The translations under genes were made by a program, and so were the position numbers. 64,000 nucleotides of DNA from Nanobdellota archaeon. Its GTDB lineage: Archaea > Nanobdellota > Nanobdellia > SCGC-AAA011-G17 > UBA489. This document shows, in pieces, positions 33,036-42,855 of the stretch; position 1 is the stretch's first letter, and each line of letters starts with the position of its first letter. Under the pieces are notes generated by a model. It searched no databases. It saw nothing but the letters and a program-made list of their open reading frames with translations, and was not told the DNA's origin. The stretch lies in contig JAUYMN010000008.1 in assembly GCA_030699455.1 (NCBI GenBank), positions 6,271 through 70,270 of the forward strand, written 5' to 3'.

Positions 33036-33500
33036 ATGGATGCTGGGAGAAGATTATCTGGATTGATAAAACCTTTTGTTTTTCTTGTGGGTTTAGCTTC
33101 GTGCAGTAATGAGAAGTCAGACCGGCACACCATTGATGAAATTTTACACAACGCAAAACCTGATGTTGTTTCTGTATGTTATGATAAAGAAGATAGAACA
33201 CTTAATGAGTTTATCTCAATCATTCATGAAGATCATGGGATAGCTGTTATTAGAAGGGATGTTGGAAAATTTAAAAACAGTTCCTATGCATTTTGGGGCG
33301 CACAGAATGACAGGAATACGGTTGATATCATATTCTGGTATGGGTCTGATAAAAAACTTGATAGAAACAATTTGGAAAGTATAAACCGAATATACTCAAG
33401 AAATAACAAAAATTATTTTGGCGTGTTTGGATTAAATCCTAATCTGTCCCTTAGAGCTATTGCAACAACAGAAATAGGCAATAAATTAGCTATTAGATAG
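33036..33500 (+). CDS. lipobox lipoprotein, hypothetical
   Basis: FVFLVGLASC signal and lipobox. Confidence 0.5.
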   Translation: MDAGRRLSGLIKPFVFLVGLASCSNEKSDRHTIDEILHNAKPDVVSVCYDKEDRTLNEFISIIHEDHGIAVIRRDVGKFKNSSYAFWGAQNDRNTVDIIFWYGSDKKLDRNNLESINRIYSRNNKNYFGVFGLNPNLSLRAIATTEIGNKLAIR

Positions 33501-33531
33501 TTTTATAATCTTTTGATTTTTTATTAAGTAT

Positions 33532-34563
33532 ATGAAACCGCAGGAAAAATTTGACTTGATTACCAGGAATCTGCAGGAAGTTATCGGAAAAGAGGAAATG
33601 CTGAAGATACTGTATGACAGGGATCTCAAAGTTTATATTGGATTGGCCACTACAGGCAGACCACACATAGGTTATTTTTTGCCGATGGTCAAAGTTTCTG
33701 ATTTCTTGCAGGCAGGATGCAAAGTCAAGATATTATTTGCAGATATGCATGCTTACCTCGATGACCAAAAATCCATGTGGGATCAATTAAGCCATAGGAT
33801 GGAATATTATGAGTTTGTTATTAAAGAATTATTAAAGTCAATAGGTGCACCGATAGAAAAACTAGAATTTGTAAAAGGTACTGACTATCAGCTTGACAGT
33901 GAATACACACTTGATGTATACAAACTCACTACAATTTCAACTGTCAGAGATTTGAAGAAAGCCGGAGCTGAAGTTGTCAAGCAGTCCGACAATCCAAAGA
34001 TGGGTTCTTTATTATATCCAATACTGCAGGCACTGGACGAACAATACTTAGGGGTGGATGCACAATTTGGTGGTGTAGACCAGAGAAAAATCTTTATGTT
34101 CGCAAGGGAATATTTGGAAAAAATAGGCTACAAAAAAAGAATACACCTCATGAATCCCATGCTACCAAGTCTAAGGGGGGATAAGATGAGCTCTTCAGTT
34201 TTGGGTGGAAAAATTGATTTGCTAGACAGCGATAAAGAAGTTATCAAAAAAATGAACAAATGTTATTGCCCTGAAGGCGAGATTGCTGGCAACGGTGTCT
34301 TAATGCTGATGAGAAATGTGATATTCCCCATACTAGAGAATAGCAAGAAGAAATTAGTGATTGAAAGATCTGAAAAATATGGCGGAAATATAGAATTCAA
34401 ACAATATCAGAATCTGGAAGATGCATATGTTGACAAAAAAATACATCCGGTTGATTTGAAAGGTGCAGTTGGAATAGAATTGAACAAGTTATTAGAGCCT
34501 ATTAGAAAAGCTTTTAATAAAAACAAAAAATTGCAAAGCAAAATGAGTTTTGCTTATCCTTAG
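33532..34563 (+). CDS. tyrS: tyrosyl-tRNA synthetase (archaeal type)
   Basis: GRPHIGY (HIGH-like) and KMSSS. Confidence 0.9.
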   Translation: MKPQEKFDLITRNLQEVIGKEEMLKILYDRDLKVYIGLATTGRPHIGYFLPMVKVSDFLQAGCKVKILFADMHAYLDDQKSMWDQLSHRMEYYEFVIKELLKSIGAPIEKLEFVKGTDYQLDSEYTLDVYKLTTISTVRDLKKAGAEVVKQSDNPKMGSLLYPILQALDEQYLGVDAQFGGVDQRKIFMFAREYLEKIGYKKRIHLMNPMLPSLRGDKMSSSVLGGKIDLLDSDKEVIKKMNKCYCPEGEIAGNGVLMLMRNVIFPILENSKKKLVIERSEKYGGNIEFKQYQNLEDAYVDKKIHPVDLKGAVGIELNKLLEPIRKAFNKNKKLQSKMSFAYP

Positions 34564-35438
34564 ACAGCAATATCAAATTTTATTTTTGGATGTGATTTAT
34601 AGTCTTTAATTTTAGTGTCGGTATACTTCCATTCAAACAGTGAAAAACACCCATCTGAAACTGTTTCTATTCTTGGTAATTCCATGGGTTCTCTCAAAAT
34701 TTGCTCTCTAGCACCATCAAGATGATTATGGTAAATATGAGTATCCCCTAAAAAACCAATAAGTTTTCCAGGTTCCAATTTGGATTGTTTTGCAAGCAAT
34801 TCTAATAATAAAGCATAACTTGCTATATTGAACGGAAGTCCAAGCATAGTATCAACAGATCTTTGATTCCATATAAGATCCAGCTTTCCTTCCCTCGATA
34901 ATACTTGGAAACTATAGTGGCAGGGAGGTAATGCCATTTTCCCAATATCTTTTGGATTCCATGATGTAACTACCATTCTTCTGCCCGTTGGATTATTTTT
35001 CAATCTGTCTACAATCATTTCCAACTGATCAAATCCTTCCCCTGTATAATCATGCTCCCCTGTATGCCCCACATAATCGGTATTAGAATGCCTCCATTGC
35101 CACCCATATATCGGTCCTAAATCTCTTTCTTCTGCCATTTTTTTTCTTGTTTCATCGTCGTGTCCATATGGTACTTTTTCTCGATTGCACCATTCATTCC
35201 ATATTGTATTATTCCTATCTTGTAGCCATTGTTTATCAGTGTACCCTTTAATAAAAAACTCCAGCTCGGATCTAATATTTTGATGTGATACTTTTTTTGT
35301 TGTTAATAATGGAAAACCTTTAGACATATCATGTTCGAACATGGCTCCTGTAATTGCTCTCGTATTTATGCCAGTCCTACTTGAAGTATCTGTTCCTTCA
35401 GAAAGAACTTTTTTGACAATATCTAGATAAGCTCTCAT
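34560..35438 (-). CDS. thyA: thymidylate synthase ThyA
   Basis: ALPPCH catalytic Cys, WNQRS and GDTHIY. Confidence 0.9.
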   Translation of the reverse strand: MRAYLDIVKKVLSEGTDTSSRTGINTRAITGAMFEHDMSKGFPLLTTKKVSHQNIRSELEFFIKGYTDKQWLQDRNNTIWNEWCNREKVPYGHDDETRKKMAEERDLGPIYGWQWRHSNTDYVGHTGEHDYTGEGFDQLEMIVDRLKNNPTGRRMVVTSWNPKDIGKMALPPCHYSFQVLSREGKLDLIWNQRSVDTMLGLPFNIASYALLLELLAKQSKLEPGKLIGFLGDTHIYHNHLDGAREQILREPMELPRIETVSDGCFSLFEWKYTDTKIKDYKSHPKIKFDIAV

Positions 35439-35548
35439 TAGTGATTATTATCAAAAACATTTTAAATAATTAATTAGCCTTTGTATTGTATTTTTGAAAT
35501 GTTATAATGCTTTTTGATAGTTTTTATAACTATGACTTATTTTTTGAC

Positions 35549-36187
35549 ATGATGGTAAAGGGAAAATTAATTACTTTTGAGGGTGGAGAAGGGTGCGGAA
35601 AAACTACGCATGCTAAGCTTCTTGGAAACTATTTAGATGATTTGGGCTATAAAGTCCATGTTACCAGAGAGCCTGGTGGAGTTGAAGTTGCTGAAGCAAT
35701 AAGGAAAATTATACTTAATCCTGATCTGAGCAAGTCTGCAATGACTGAACTGTTTCTTTATGAAGCAGCAAGAGCAGAATTTGTTAAAACCGTTGTAAGA
35801 CCACATATGGAAAATGGTGAAATTGTTATTTCTGACAGATTTTTTGATTCAACAACTGCATATCAGGGGTATGGCGGTAATATTCCCTTGGAAACTGTTA
35901 ATAGAATGAATCTTTTGGCAGCAGGGATTATTCCAGATTTAACATTTCTTATCGACATTGATGCCGAAGTTGGGTTAAGGAATATGAAGCATGGGGAGTT
36001 TGGAAATCAACCAGATTTTCAGGAGTCTAAAGGATTAGAATTTCATAGAAGGGTTAATCAGGGGTTTAGAGAAATAGCATCATATAACTCTAACAGATTT
36101 TGTGTTATCAGATATAGGCAAGGTGATATTGAAACAATTCAGACAGACATTAGAAATGCAGTAGATAATTACATTAATAGCAATTGA
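35549..36187 (+). CDS. tmk: thymidylate kinase
   Basis: P-loop FEGGEGCGKTT and DRF. Start trimmed to the Met just before the P-loop. Confidence 0.85.
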   Translation: MMVKGKLITFEGGEGCGKTTHAKLLGNYLDDLGYKVHVTREPGGVEVAEAIRKIILNPDLSKSAMTELFLYEAARAEFVKTVVRPHMENGEIVISDRFFDSTTAYQGYGGNIPLETVNRMNLLAAGIIPDLTFLIDIDAEVGLRNMKHGEFGNQPDFQESKGLEFHRRVNQGFREIASYNSNRFCVIRYRQGDIETIQTDIRNAVDNYINSN

Positions 36188-36221
36188 ATAAGTTTATATA
36201 TGTTTTTAGAATATTTAATTT

Positions 36222-37274
36222 ATGAAGAAATCACTTTTGGAAGACAATGAAAAACTAGTCAGGAAGTTTGGTGCCAAAAAGTTAAAAGATGCACCTAATT
36301 TTTATGCTTTCAATAGGGGTCTGGTATATTCTCACAGAGATTTTGACAAGTTTTATAATGCATTAAAAAATGGTGAAAAATGCGCCATTGTTTCTGGAGT
36401 CAATGCTTCTGGCACCCTCCACATAGGGCACAAAGTTGTTTTTGACATTAATTTATTTTTTCAAAAAGAGTTTGGGATTCCTGTATACATTCCAATATCT
36501 GATGATGAGAGTTATGTTGCCGGCAAGGTAGACAGTCAGGAAAAAGCATTGGAAAATTCAATAAAACTTGCAGGAGAATTATTGGCATATGGATTTGATC
36601 CTAAAAAAACATTCATCATCATTGACCAAATATACACAAATATCTACAATTTTGCAGTAAAATTATCAAAGAAAGTGACCCTATCTGAGATTATTGCCAG
36701 CTATGGATACAAAAAGGAAGACAACCCAGGTCTGTATTTTTATCCAGCCGTTCAGTCTGCACATGTATTGTTTCCGCAGATACATGCAGGAATAAAAAAT
36801 GTTTTAGTTCCAATTGGTCCTGATGAAGATTCACACTTAAGGATTGCGAGAGATATTGCATCAAGGGCAGGGTATACAAAGCCAAGCGTATTGCACGTAA
36901 CATTCCTGCCGGGATTAGATGGGGAAAAGATGTCAAAGTCAAGAAATAATATGATATCTTTTGAAGATGATGAGAAAACACTAAGAAAAAAGGCAAACAA
37001 GGCTATTTCCGGCGGTAGGGATACTGCAGAAGAACAGAGAAAACATGGAGGAGATCCTGAAAGGGATATGGCTTGCTTCTATCTTAGCAAATTGTTTTTG
37101 GATGAGAAGGATGGAAATAATTTACTCATAGATTATAGGAAAGGCAAACTGCTCAGCGGAGAAGTAAAGAAAATTTTTGGCGATGTGCTTGTGGATTTCA
37201 TTGGAGACTTTCAGAGAAGAATCAAAAAGATTTCCAAGAATGACATCAATAGCTGTCTGATGAAGAATAAATAG
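36222..37274 (+). CDS. trpS: tryptophanyl-tRNA synthetase (archaeal type)
   Basis: GTLHIGH and KMSKS. Confidence 0.9.
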   Translation: MKKSLLEDNEKLVRKFGAKKLKDAPNFYAFNRGLVYSHRDFDKFYNALKNGEKCAIVSGVNASGTLHIGHKVVFDINLFFQKEFGIPVYIPISDDESYVAGKVDSQEKALENSIKLAGELLAYGFDPKKTFIIIDQIYTNIYNFAVKLSKKVTLSEIIASYGYKKEDNPGLYFYPAVQSAHVLFPQIHAGIKNVLVPIGPDEDSHLRIARDIASRAGYTKPSVLHVTFLPGLDGEKMSKSRNNMISFEDDEKTLRKKANKAISGGRDTAEEQRKHGGDPERDMACFYLSKLFLDEKDGNNLLIDYRKGKLLSGEVKKIFGDVLVDFIGDFQRRIKKISKNDINSCLMKNK

Positions 37275-37482
37275 CCGGCATATACAAAAGTTTTTTATAT
37301 GTGCTCATCAATTAAAACTGATAATTTTTAGACCACAAAGAGGTGAAATGAAATGGCAGCAAGAAGAGCAGCTGGAAAAACTACAGCAGCTAGAAAAACT
37401 ACAGCAAGAAGAAGACGCTAAATGAATTCTTTGGAGCTTTGAACTCATTCTTTTTTATTATTTAACTTATGATTACGCAGGA

Positions 37483-37809
37483 TTATATGCAGATGTTTGT
37501 GCTGCCAGATTTTACACAAGCCTCATCAGGCCCTGAACAATACCCCATAAAATCCCTAGAGCATGATTGCCCCGATGGAATAAATTGACATATATTATCT
37601 TTCCAAGCACAGTTTGTTTTTCCTATTGGGTCTATACCATAACATAATTTTTCTCCGGATGGTTTAAATGTTATTAGCTTGCAATATTCATCTGAAACTG
37701 CCTTGCCAGTCGTCTGAACATTGCCTAATAAGAAACCAGTTACTATAAAAAGACCTGCAAATAGAAGTGTCATATTCTCTACCTTAGAATGCCCACCCTC
37801 TTTTTTCAT
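37483..37809 (-). CDS. secreted Cys-rich hypothetical protein
   Basis: TM/signal segment followed by 10 Cys. Confidence 0.4.
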   Translation of the reverse strand: MKKEGGHSKVENMTLLFAGLFIVTGFLLGNVQTTGKAVSDEYCKLITFKPSGEKLCYGIDPIGKTNCAWKDNICQFIPSGQSCSRDFMGYCSGPDEACVKSGSTNICI

Positions 37810-37883
37810 ATGATTTATAGTGTGATATGCTTATAAAAAGTTTTTGCAACAGATATTATTAAAAATAGCTTCGTTCTTATAGA

Positions 37884-38417
37884 ATGGTGGATGCAGAAAA
37901 AGAATTATTAAGGCCTGTTGAAGATCACGAAATAAAGGAAAAAGGCAGGATAAGAAGATTTGTATGGCTGTTGGTTGGATTTTTGTTGATTTTGCTAATT
38001 GCTAGTTACATCTTAAGCAGCTTTGCAGCAAGATCCATTGTTTCTAATAAAGTAAGCGGAAGTATAGTTAAATCACAGTTTGGTGATGTGGTATTCATAG
38101 ACAATACTTATGAAACAATTAAGGAGTTATATCACACAAATGAGAAAGAGTTTAGAGCCTGCTTAATTGGCAAATATCATAATGGCAATTATATGATTAA
38201 CGATGTTTTTTTGCCAAAAGTTCATTTTCAGGATTATGATAAAGTCATCAGCTCACCATGCCCAGAAGGAACTCTTTTGGATATGCACAGTCATCCACAG
38301 CAACACTGCATCTTCTCTGATGTGGACATAAACGGTTTTTCACCAGATGATAAGAATACCTTGTTGACCGTGATGTGTAATGATAATGAGTTTATATTCC
38401 ATAAGAAAAAAATATAA
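37884..38417 (+). CDS. membrane-anchored JAB/MPN (JAMM) metalloprotease
   Basis: EFRACLIG (Glu) and HSHPQQHCIFSDVD, matching HxHx7Sx2D. N-terminal TM. Confidence 0.7.
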   Translation: MVDAEKELLRPVEDHEIKEKGRIRRFVWLLVGFLLILLIASYILSSFAARSIVSNKVSGSIVKSQFGDVVFIDNTYETIKELYHTNEKEFRACLIGKYHNGNYMINDVFLPKVHFQDYDKVISSPCPEGTLLDMHSHPQQHCIFSDVDINGFSPDDKNTLLTVMCNDNEFIFHKKKI

Positions 38418-38439
38418 AGGTATTCTGGGAATAAATATC

Positions 38440-39330
38440 ATGAAAATGGCGTATTTGCTGGTGTTAATTTTATTATCCAGCAGTGTTTATGGAGCCCCAG
38501 AACGCAGCGTAACTCTTCTTGATTCTGGGGGGGAAGTTATCAGGGAAGTAGTTGTGCATCTAACTTACTTTGGAGAAGTAAGCAGAATGGTTCTTTCCAG
38601 AGATGGGATGCTGAATCTTGATGAGAGCCTATTGAATAAGCCGGTTAGAATTTTATTAGACAAGTCAAGAACAGATGGTATGGATTATTATTTTAATGGG
38701 GTTTTAGAAGACAATGCTGTTTTGTTTACTCCTATATCACAGATAAGAGGAGATGTCCATGATGAACTTGATAACTTGGTTGGAAATGCAAACCTTGGAT
38801 TTGATTGTGATCATATAAGTAGTATTAAATTTCCAGAAAAAACTGACAGGTATGGTTCATTTTCCTCTTACCTACCCACAGGAAAGTGTGTTATTTCTGC
38901 AACAGATGGAAAATTAATTGGACGTGTAGATATTGAAAACATGATTGGAGATTCTAAGGTTGTAAATTTGGTTTTAGATAAACAAGTCAGCTCAAGTTTC
39001 AATCCATATTACCTGTTAATATTTGTTGTAGTTTTTTTACTATTAGTTTATATGCTTAACAAGCCAAGAATAAAAAATAAGTCTACCAGAAAGAAAGAAA
39101 ATAAAAAATTAGGTGCTATTGTTAAAACATTAAATGATACCGAAAAGAGCATTGTAGATTACATTGTTGCCAACGGAAATAAAACTACTTCATCTGATAT
39201 TAGGCATTCATTGGGCATACCCAAAACAACTCTTTCAAGGGTATTAGACAGGATGGAATCTAAAAAAATGATTGAGATGGAGAGAGAGGGCAAATTAAAA
39301 AAGATTAAGTTATCCGATTGGCTCAAATAG
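38440..39330 (+). CDS. membrane-spanning protein with extracellular domain and C-terminal wHTH
   Basis: Signal peptide MKMAYLLVLILLSSSVYG, one TM near residue 200, and a C-terminal wHTH (TSSDIRHSLGIPKTTLSRVLDRMESKKMIE). Confidence 0.6.
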   Translation: MKMAYLLVLILLSSSVYGAPERSVTLLDSGGEVIREVVVHLTYFGEVSRMVLSRDGMLNLDESLLNKPVRILLDKSRTDGMDYYFNGVLEDNAVLFTPISQIRGDVHDELDNLVGNANLGFDCDHISSIKFPEKTDRYGSFSSYLPTGKCVISATDGKLIGRVDIENMIGDSKVVNLVLDKQVSSSFNPYYLLIFVVVFLLLVYMLNKPRIKNKSTRKKENKKLGAIVKTLNDTEKSIVDYIVANGNKTTSSDIRHSLGIPKTTLSRVLDRMESKKMIEMEREGKLKKIKLSDWLK

Positions 39331-39332
39331 AC

Positions 39333-39389
39333 AAATGGACTGATTTTTGTCGTTTTTTTTTAAAATGGACTGATTTTTGTCGTTTTTTT
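39333..39389 (+). terminator. tandem duplicated T-rich element (2 x about 30 nt)
   Basis: aaatggactgatttttgtcgttttttt occurs at 39333 and again at 39363, each ending in a T-run typical of archaeal terminators. Confidence 0.4.
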
Positions 39390-39463
39390 ATTTTTTCGAC
39401 CCTCTCAAGCATTATATATCATTTTTACAACACACTTGCAGGTGATAAATTACGGAGGAAAAA

Positions 39464-40591
39464 ATGAAAACAAAAAGTATTGCAGTATTGCTATCTTTGC
39501 TGTTGGTTTTACCAATGGTATTTGCAGATAGTAATGATCTATTAAGAACGGACATAGCCATTGGTGGAAGCGCCTCCTATGATTCTGGGGAACGTACCGA
39601 AACCATTGAAGTTATCAAGATTGATGAGTATAAAGACGCCTGTCTCATCAGAATCAGCAACAGTGAAGCCTTCTGGGTTTCTGATAAGTACCCCATCTAT
39701 ATTGACAATCTTGAATTGAGTGTTGACCTAGAAGAGAGGTATAGCACCTGCGAAGTTAGAGTTAAAACCATTGATGATAATGGTGATAGCATTGATGATG
39801 ACTATTATGTACACGATGGAAATTCCATAATAGCTAAGATATATGAAGGCGAAAGTGTAAACTTTAATTTTGACAAAGGCACTTCTTACGAGGTCGAAGT
39901 ATTAATTATTGAAGATAGAGAAGATACAGAAATCCCTAGAGTAACACTAATGGTTAATGGAAAGATTCTCAAACCACTCGGTGCAGGTGATAATTATGAG
40001 CTAGAAGATGAGGCAAGCCTTATCGTAGGTTACATTGATACATCTAGTGAAAGAGATTCTGTTAAGGTTACAATAAAGACATCTGGAACATACCTTGACA
40101 TGGATAATGACAATGATAAATTTGTATGGCCTATGGAGCCAATCGATGAAGACACTGATCCAAGAATTGCTTGTGAAAAAAGATTCCTTTCTTGCCTCGA
40201 TAAAGGAAATACAGATGACGATTGCTCAAAAATCCTTACTCAATGTAGAATTGACAATATCCGAAGCGGAGTAGGAGTGGATACAATAATTGCCGTACCA
40301 ATTGATGAGAAATACATGTCAACTGATGAATTTATTCCTGCTTCCGGATGCCGCATCAGCGATAGAAACATTGTTCCTGTTAGTACAAGAATGAGCTTTG
40401 ATGGTAAAGAATCCCAATATTGTGACGTAGACGGGAAAATGAAAACTCAGAAAGCCGACGGTGAAGCTGCAGAAAATAACTACGAGTGTAAAAGCAATAA
40501 CTCAGAATATGGGACTTGTGCGAATCTGAAGGAGCAAGCTTATATTCTACAAAAAATCTTCAGCTGGTTATCCAGAATATTTGGTGGATAA
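39464..40591 (+). CDS. secreted acidic protein, hypothetical
   Basis: Signal peptide; 375 aa, rich in D/E. Confidence 0.5.
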   Translation: MKTKSIAVLLSLLLVLPMVFADSNDLLRTDIAIGGSASYDSGERTETIEVIKIDEYKDACLIRISNSEAFWVSDKYPIYIDNLELSVDLEERYSTCEVRVKTIDDNGDSIDDDYYVHDGNSIIAKIYEGESVNFNFDKGTSYEVEVLIIEDREDTEIPRVTLMVNGKILKPLGAGDNYELEDEASLIVGYIDTSSERDSVKVTIKTSGTYLDMDNDNDKFVWPMEPIDEDTDPRIACEKRFLSCLDKGNTDDDCSKILTQCRIDNIRSGVGVDTIIAVPIDEKYMSTDEFIPASGCRISDRNIVPVSTRMSFDGKESQYCDVDGKMKTQKADGEAAENNYECKSNNSEYGTCANLKEQAYILQKIFSWLSRIFGG

Positions 40592-40598
40592 ATTCCAC

Positions 40599-41051
40599 CT
40601 ATTTTATTTTTATTGGAATTGCTATTAAACCCTTGCAATTAAGAGCACCACACCTGCATGGATGGTCATCTGGATCCTCTGTTTCCAAACAATAATCATA
40701 AGTTATTTCTTCTCCTGATTTTATGTCTCTCAGAGCAACAATCCATATGCGGTCGTTGTCATTTAATGATTCTGCATTCGGTGAACACGAATGGTTAATA
40801 TATTTAGCATCATTGTTTTTTACACTTCCACCATCCAGTGTGCGATTGTCATCAATTTCAAATAAGTATACAACACCATCTGAAACTTCTCTTTCAGATA
40901 TTTTATCTGCCTCATCATTAGAAATTATTCTTCCCTTGTATTCAATAATATAAGTTCCTTTAGAAATATCCCTCTTGGCAAATACACCATTGTTATGTAT
41001 CTGAGAAGTCCTTACCTCTATAAACTTATTACTTTGATTTGTTACTTTCAT
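40599..41051 (-). CDS. SET-domain protein methyltransferase
   Basis: NHSCSPN, EEITYDY and post-SET CRCGALNCKG. Confidence 0.85.
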   Translation of the reverse strand: MKVTNQSNKFIEVRTSQIHNNGVFAKRDISKGTYIIEYKGRIISNDEADKISEREVSDGVVYLFEIDDNRTLDGGSVKNNDAKYINHSCSPNAESLNDNDRIWIVALRDIKSGEEITYDYCLETEDPDDHPCRCGALNCKGLIAIPIKIK

Positions 41052-41189
41052 TGCTGTATATGTTGTCTCTTTTGGGTGTCTTTAAAAATAGAATTTTGTT
41101 TATAAATGTTTTTATCTGGATTTTATACTGTAAAGTTCAAATACTTTTTTGTAAAATGTCTGCAACATATTATGCAATAAAGAAAAAAT

Positions 41190-41208
41190 ACATAGGCAAA
41201 AGTCAAGA
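41190..41208 (-). other. 3' half of pre-23S processing stem
   Basis: acataggcaaaagtcaaga pairs with 44848-44866 (ccttgacttccgcctatgc), apart from a few mismatches. Confidence 0.55.
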
Positions 41209-42162
41209 TTAACGAAGTAAATAGATAAGTCGAGTTATTAGTAGTCGCGGGCTGAATACCTCGTTACCTCGGTACTTACACCCCGACCCTATCAAACCTG
41301 TATTCTTCAGGTACTCTTAGTCTATTTTCGCGGCGGGTTTCGAGCTTAGATGCTTTCAGCTCTTATCCCTTGGCGCGTAGCTGCCCAGCCTGCCCTGTCG
41401 GACAACTGGTAAACCAGTGGCGCCGAACCTTTGTTCCTCTCGTACTAAAAGATCCTTCCACTCAGACTTTGACACCCCCAGTAGATATCATACAAACTGT
41501 CTCACGACGTTCTTAACCCAGCTCACGATCCGCTTTAACCGGTGAACACCCGTACCCTTGGAAGCTTCTGCACTTCCAGGATGCGAAGAGCCGACAACGA
41601 AGTAGCAAGCAGCGCCGTCGATCTGAACTCTTAGGCGCTACAACTCAATTATCCCCGAGATAGCTTTTCTGTCATACCTAGCCCTCATCAATAAGGACAT
41701 AGGGGTTCGCTAGACCAGACTTTCGTCTCTGAGTACCTTAACGGTTGGAACTCAGTTAGGCAAGCTTTTGCTCTTGCACTCTACTTTGGATTTCTAAACC
41801 AAATGAGCTTACCTTTGGGCCCCACTGATACCTTTTCAGCGGGGTGCCGCCCCAGCCAAACTACCCACCAGTCGATGTCCTCGTATACGAGTTAGTGATA
41901 CAACACAAAGAAAGTGGTATTACACGGTCGCCTACGATTAGCTCTAACGAACTAACCATCAAACAGCTCCCACTTATACTATATACTAAGTATTATACCA
42001 CAACGACAAGCTGTAGTAAAGTTCTACGGGGTCTTCGCTTCCCACTGGAGGTCACTGGCCTTCACACCAGTATAGTATATTCAGAGGACACTAGTTTGGG
42101 ACAATGGGACCCTCGTTACACCATTCATGCAAGCCGACATTCAATCGGCAGGGTATTGCGCT

Positions 42163-42855
42163 CAATTTGTTACTACATTATTTCTAATGTGACTAAACCA
42201 TTTCTGTTTAGCTCCTTACATCGCTGCAAGGATCGGACTATATCATCACTTGTTACCAAGTGTTTGGCGTGTAGTCTCTGAGGATTCTAGATATTTGAGT
42301 CGCGGTCTGCGATTCATTTTAGAAATTAGGTTTGCTATTTTATCAAGCCCTTCTTTTGTTAAGTGTTCTTTATTGTTCATCATGTGAATTACGTCAGAAA
42401 AAACTTCAAAGTTATTTTTCTTTACTGTGTGTAAAGGATATTTCTTAAAAAAAGTTATTATTTTATTTAAGTTATTTAATCCTCTAACACGAAATTCTTT
42501 TCTGTCGTTGTTGTTAATTCCAACTGAACCAAATCCAAAATAAGATTTAATCTTATGGAGAACTTGTTCACTTCTTTCATGTTGAACAACCCTAAACTCT
42601 GGAAGTACTTGCCATCCGAGTGTCATTTTTTCAAGCTTATTGATTGCTATATGAAAACAACCCTCGCCGTCAACAAATCCTGATATCCAGTTTGCATCTA
42701 GTCTTTCCTGCTGATTGTCTGCACTCACCACATTTTCACCTTTTGTTTTTGATATTAATAAACATCATTACAAATTAATCGAAGTTAATTCGAAAGGTAG
42801 TGTGAGATACTCAGATGTTCCAGCATATAGCCAAATTTTACTAAGGCAACCTTTC
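42163..42855 (-). mobile_element. group I intron at 23S position about L1931 (E. coli numbering)
   Basis: Exons rejoin as CTCTTAAGGT|AGCGCAATACC. The 5' exon ends in U and the intron ends in G. P1 forms UAAGGU with GCCUUA, with a U-G wobble at the splice site. Contains a LAGLIDADG ORF. Confidence 0.75.
42246..42731 (-). CDS. LAGLIDADG homing endonuclease (single-motif)
   Basis: 161 aa, WISGFVDGEGCF. Lies inside the rRNA intron. Confidence 0.85.
   Translation of the reverse strand: MVSADNQQERLDANWISGFVDGEGCFHIAINKLEKMTLGWQVLPEFRVVQHERSEQVLHKIKSYFGFGSVGINNNDRKEFRVRGLNNLNKIITFFKKYPLHTVKKNNFEVFSDVIHMMNNKEHLTKEGLDKIANLISKMNRRPRLKYLESSETTRQTLGNK

Noticed and set aside
42163-42855. Archaeal bulge-helix-bulge intron as the default explanation for the 23S insertion.
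   Set aside because: The junctions show a U at the 5' exon end, a terminal intron G and a P1 pairing with a U-G wobble. I could not draw a helix-bulge-helix between the two junctions. Group I is favoured but not proven.
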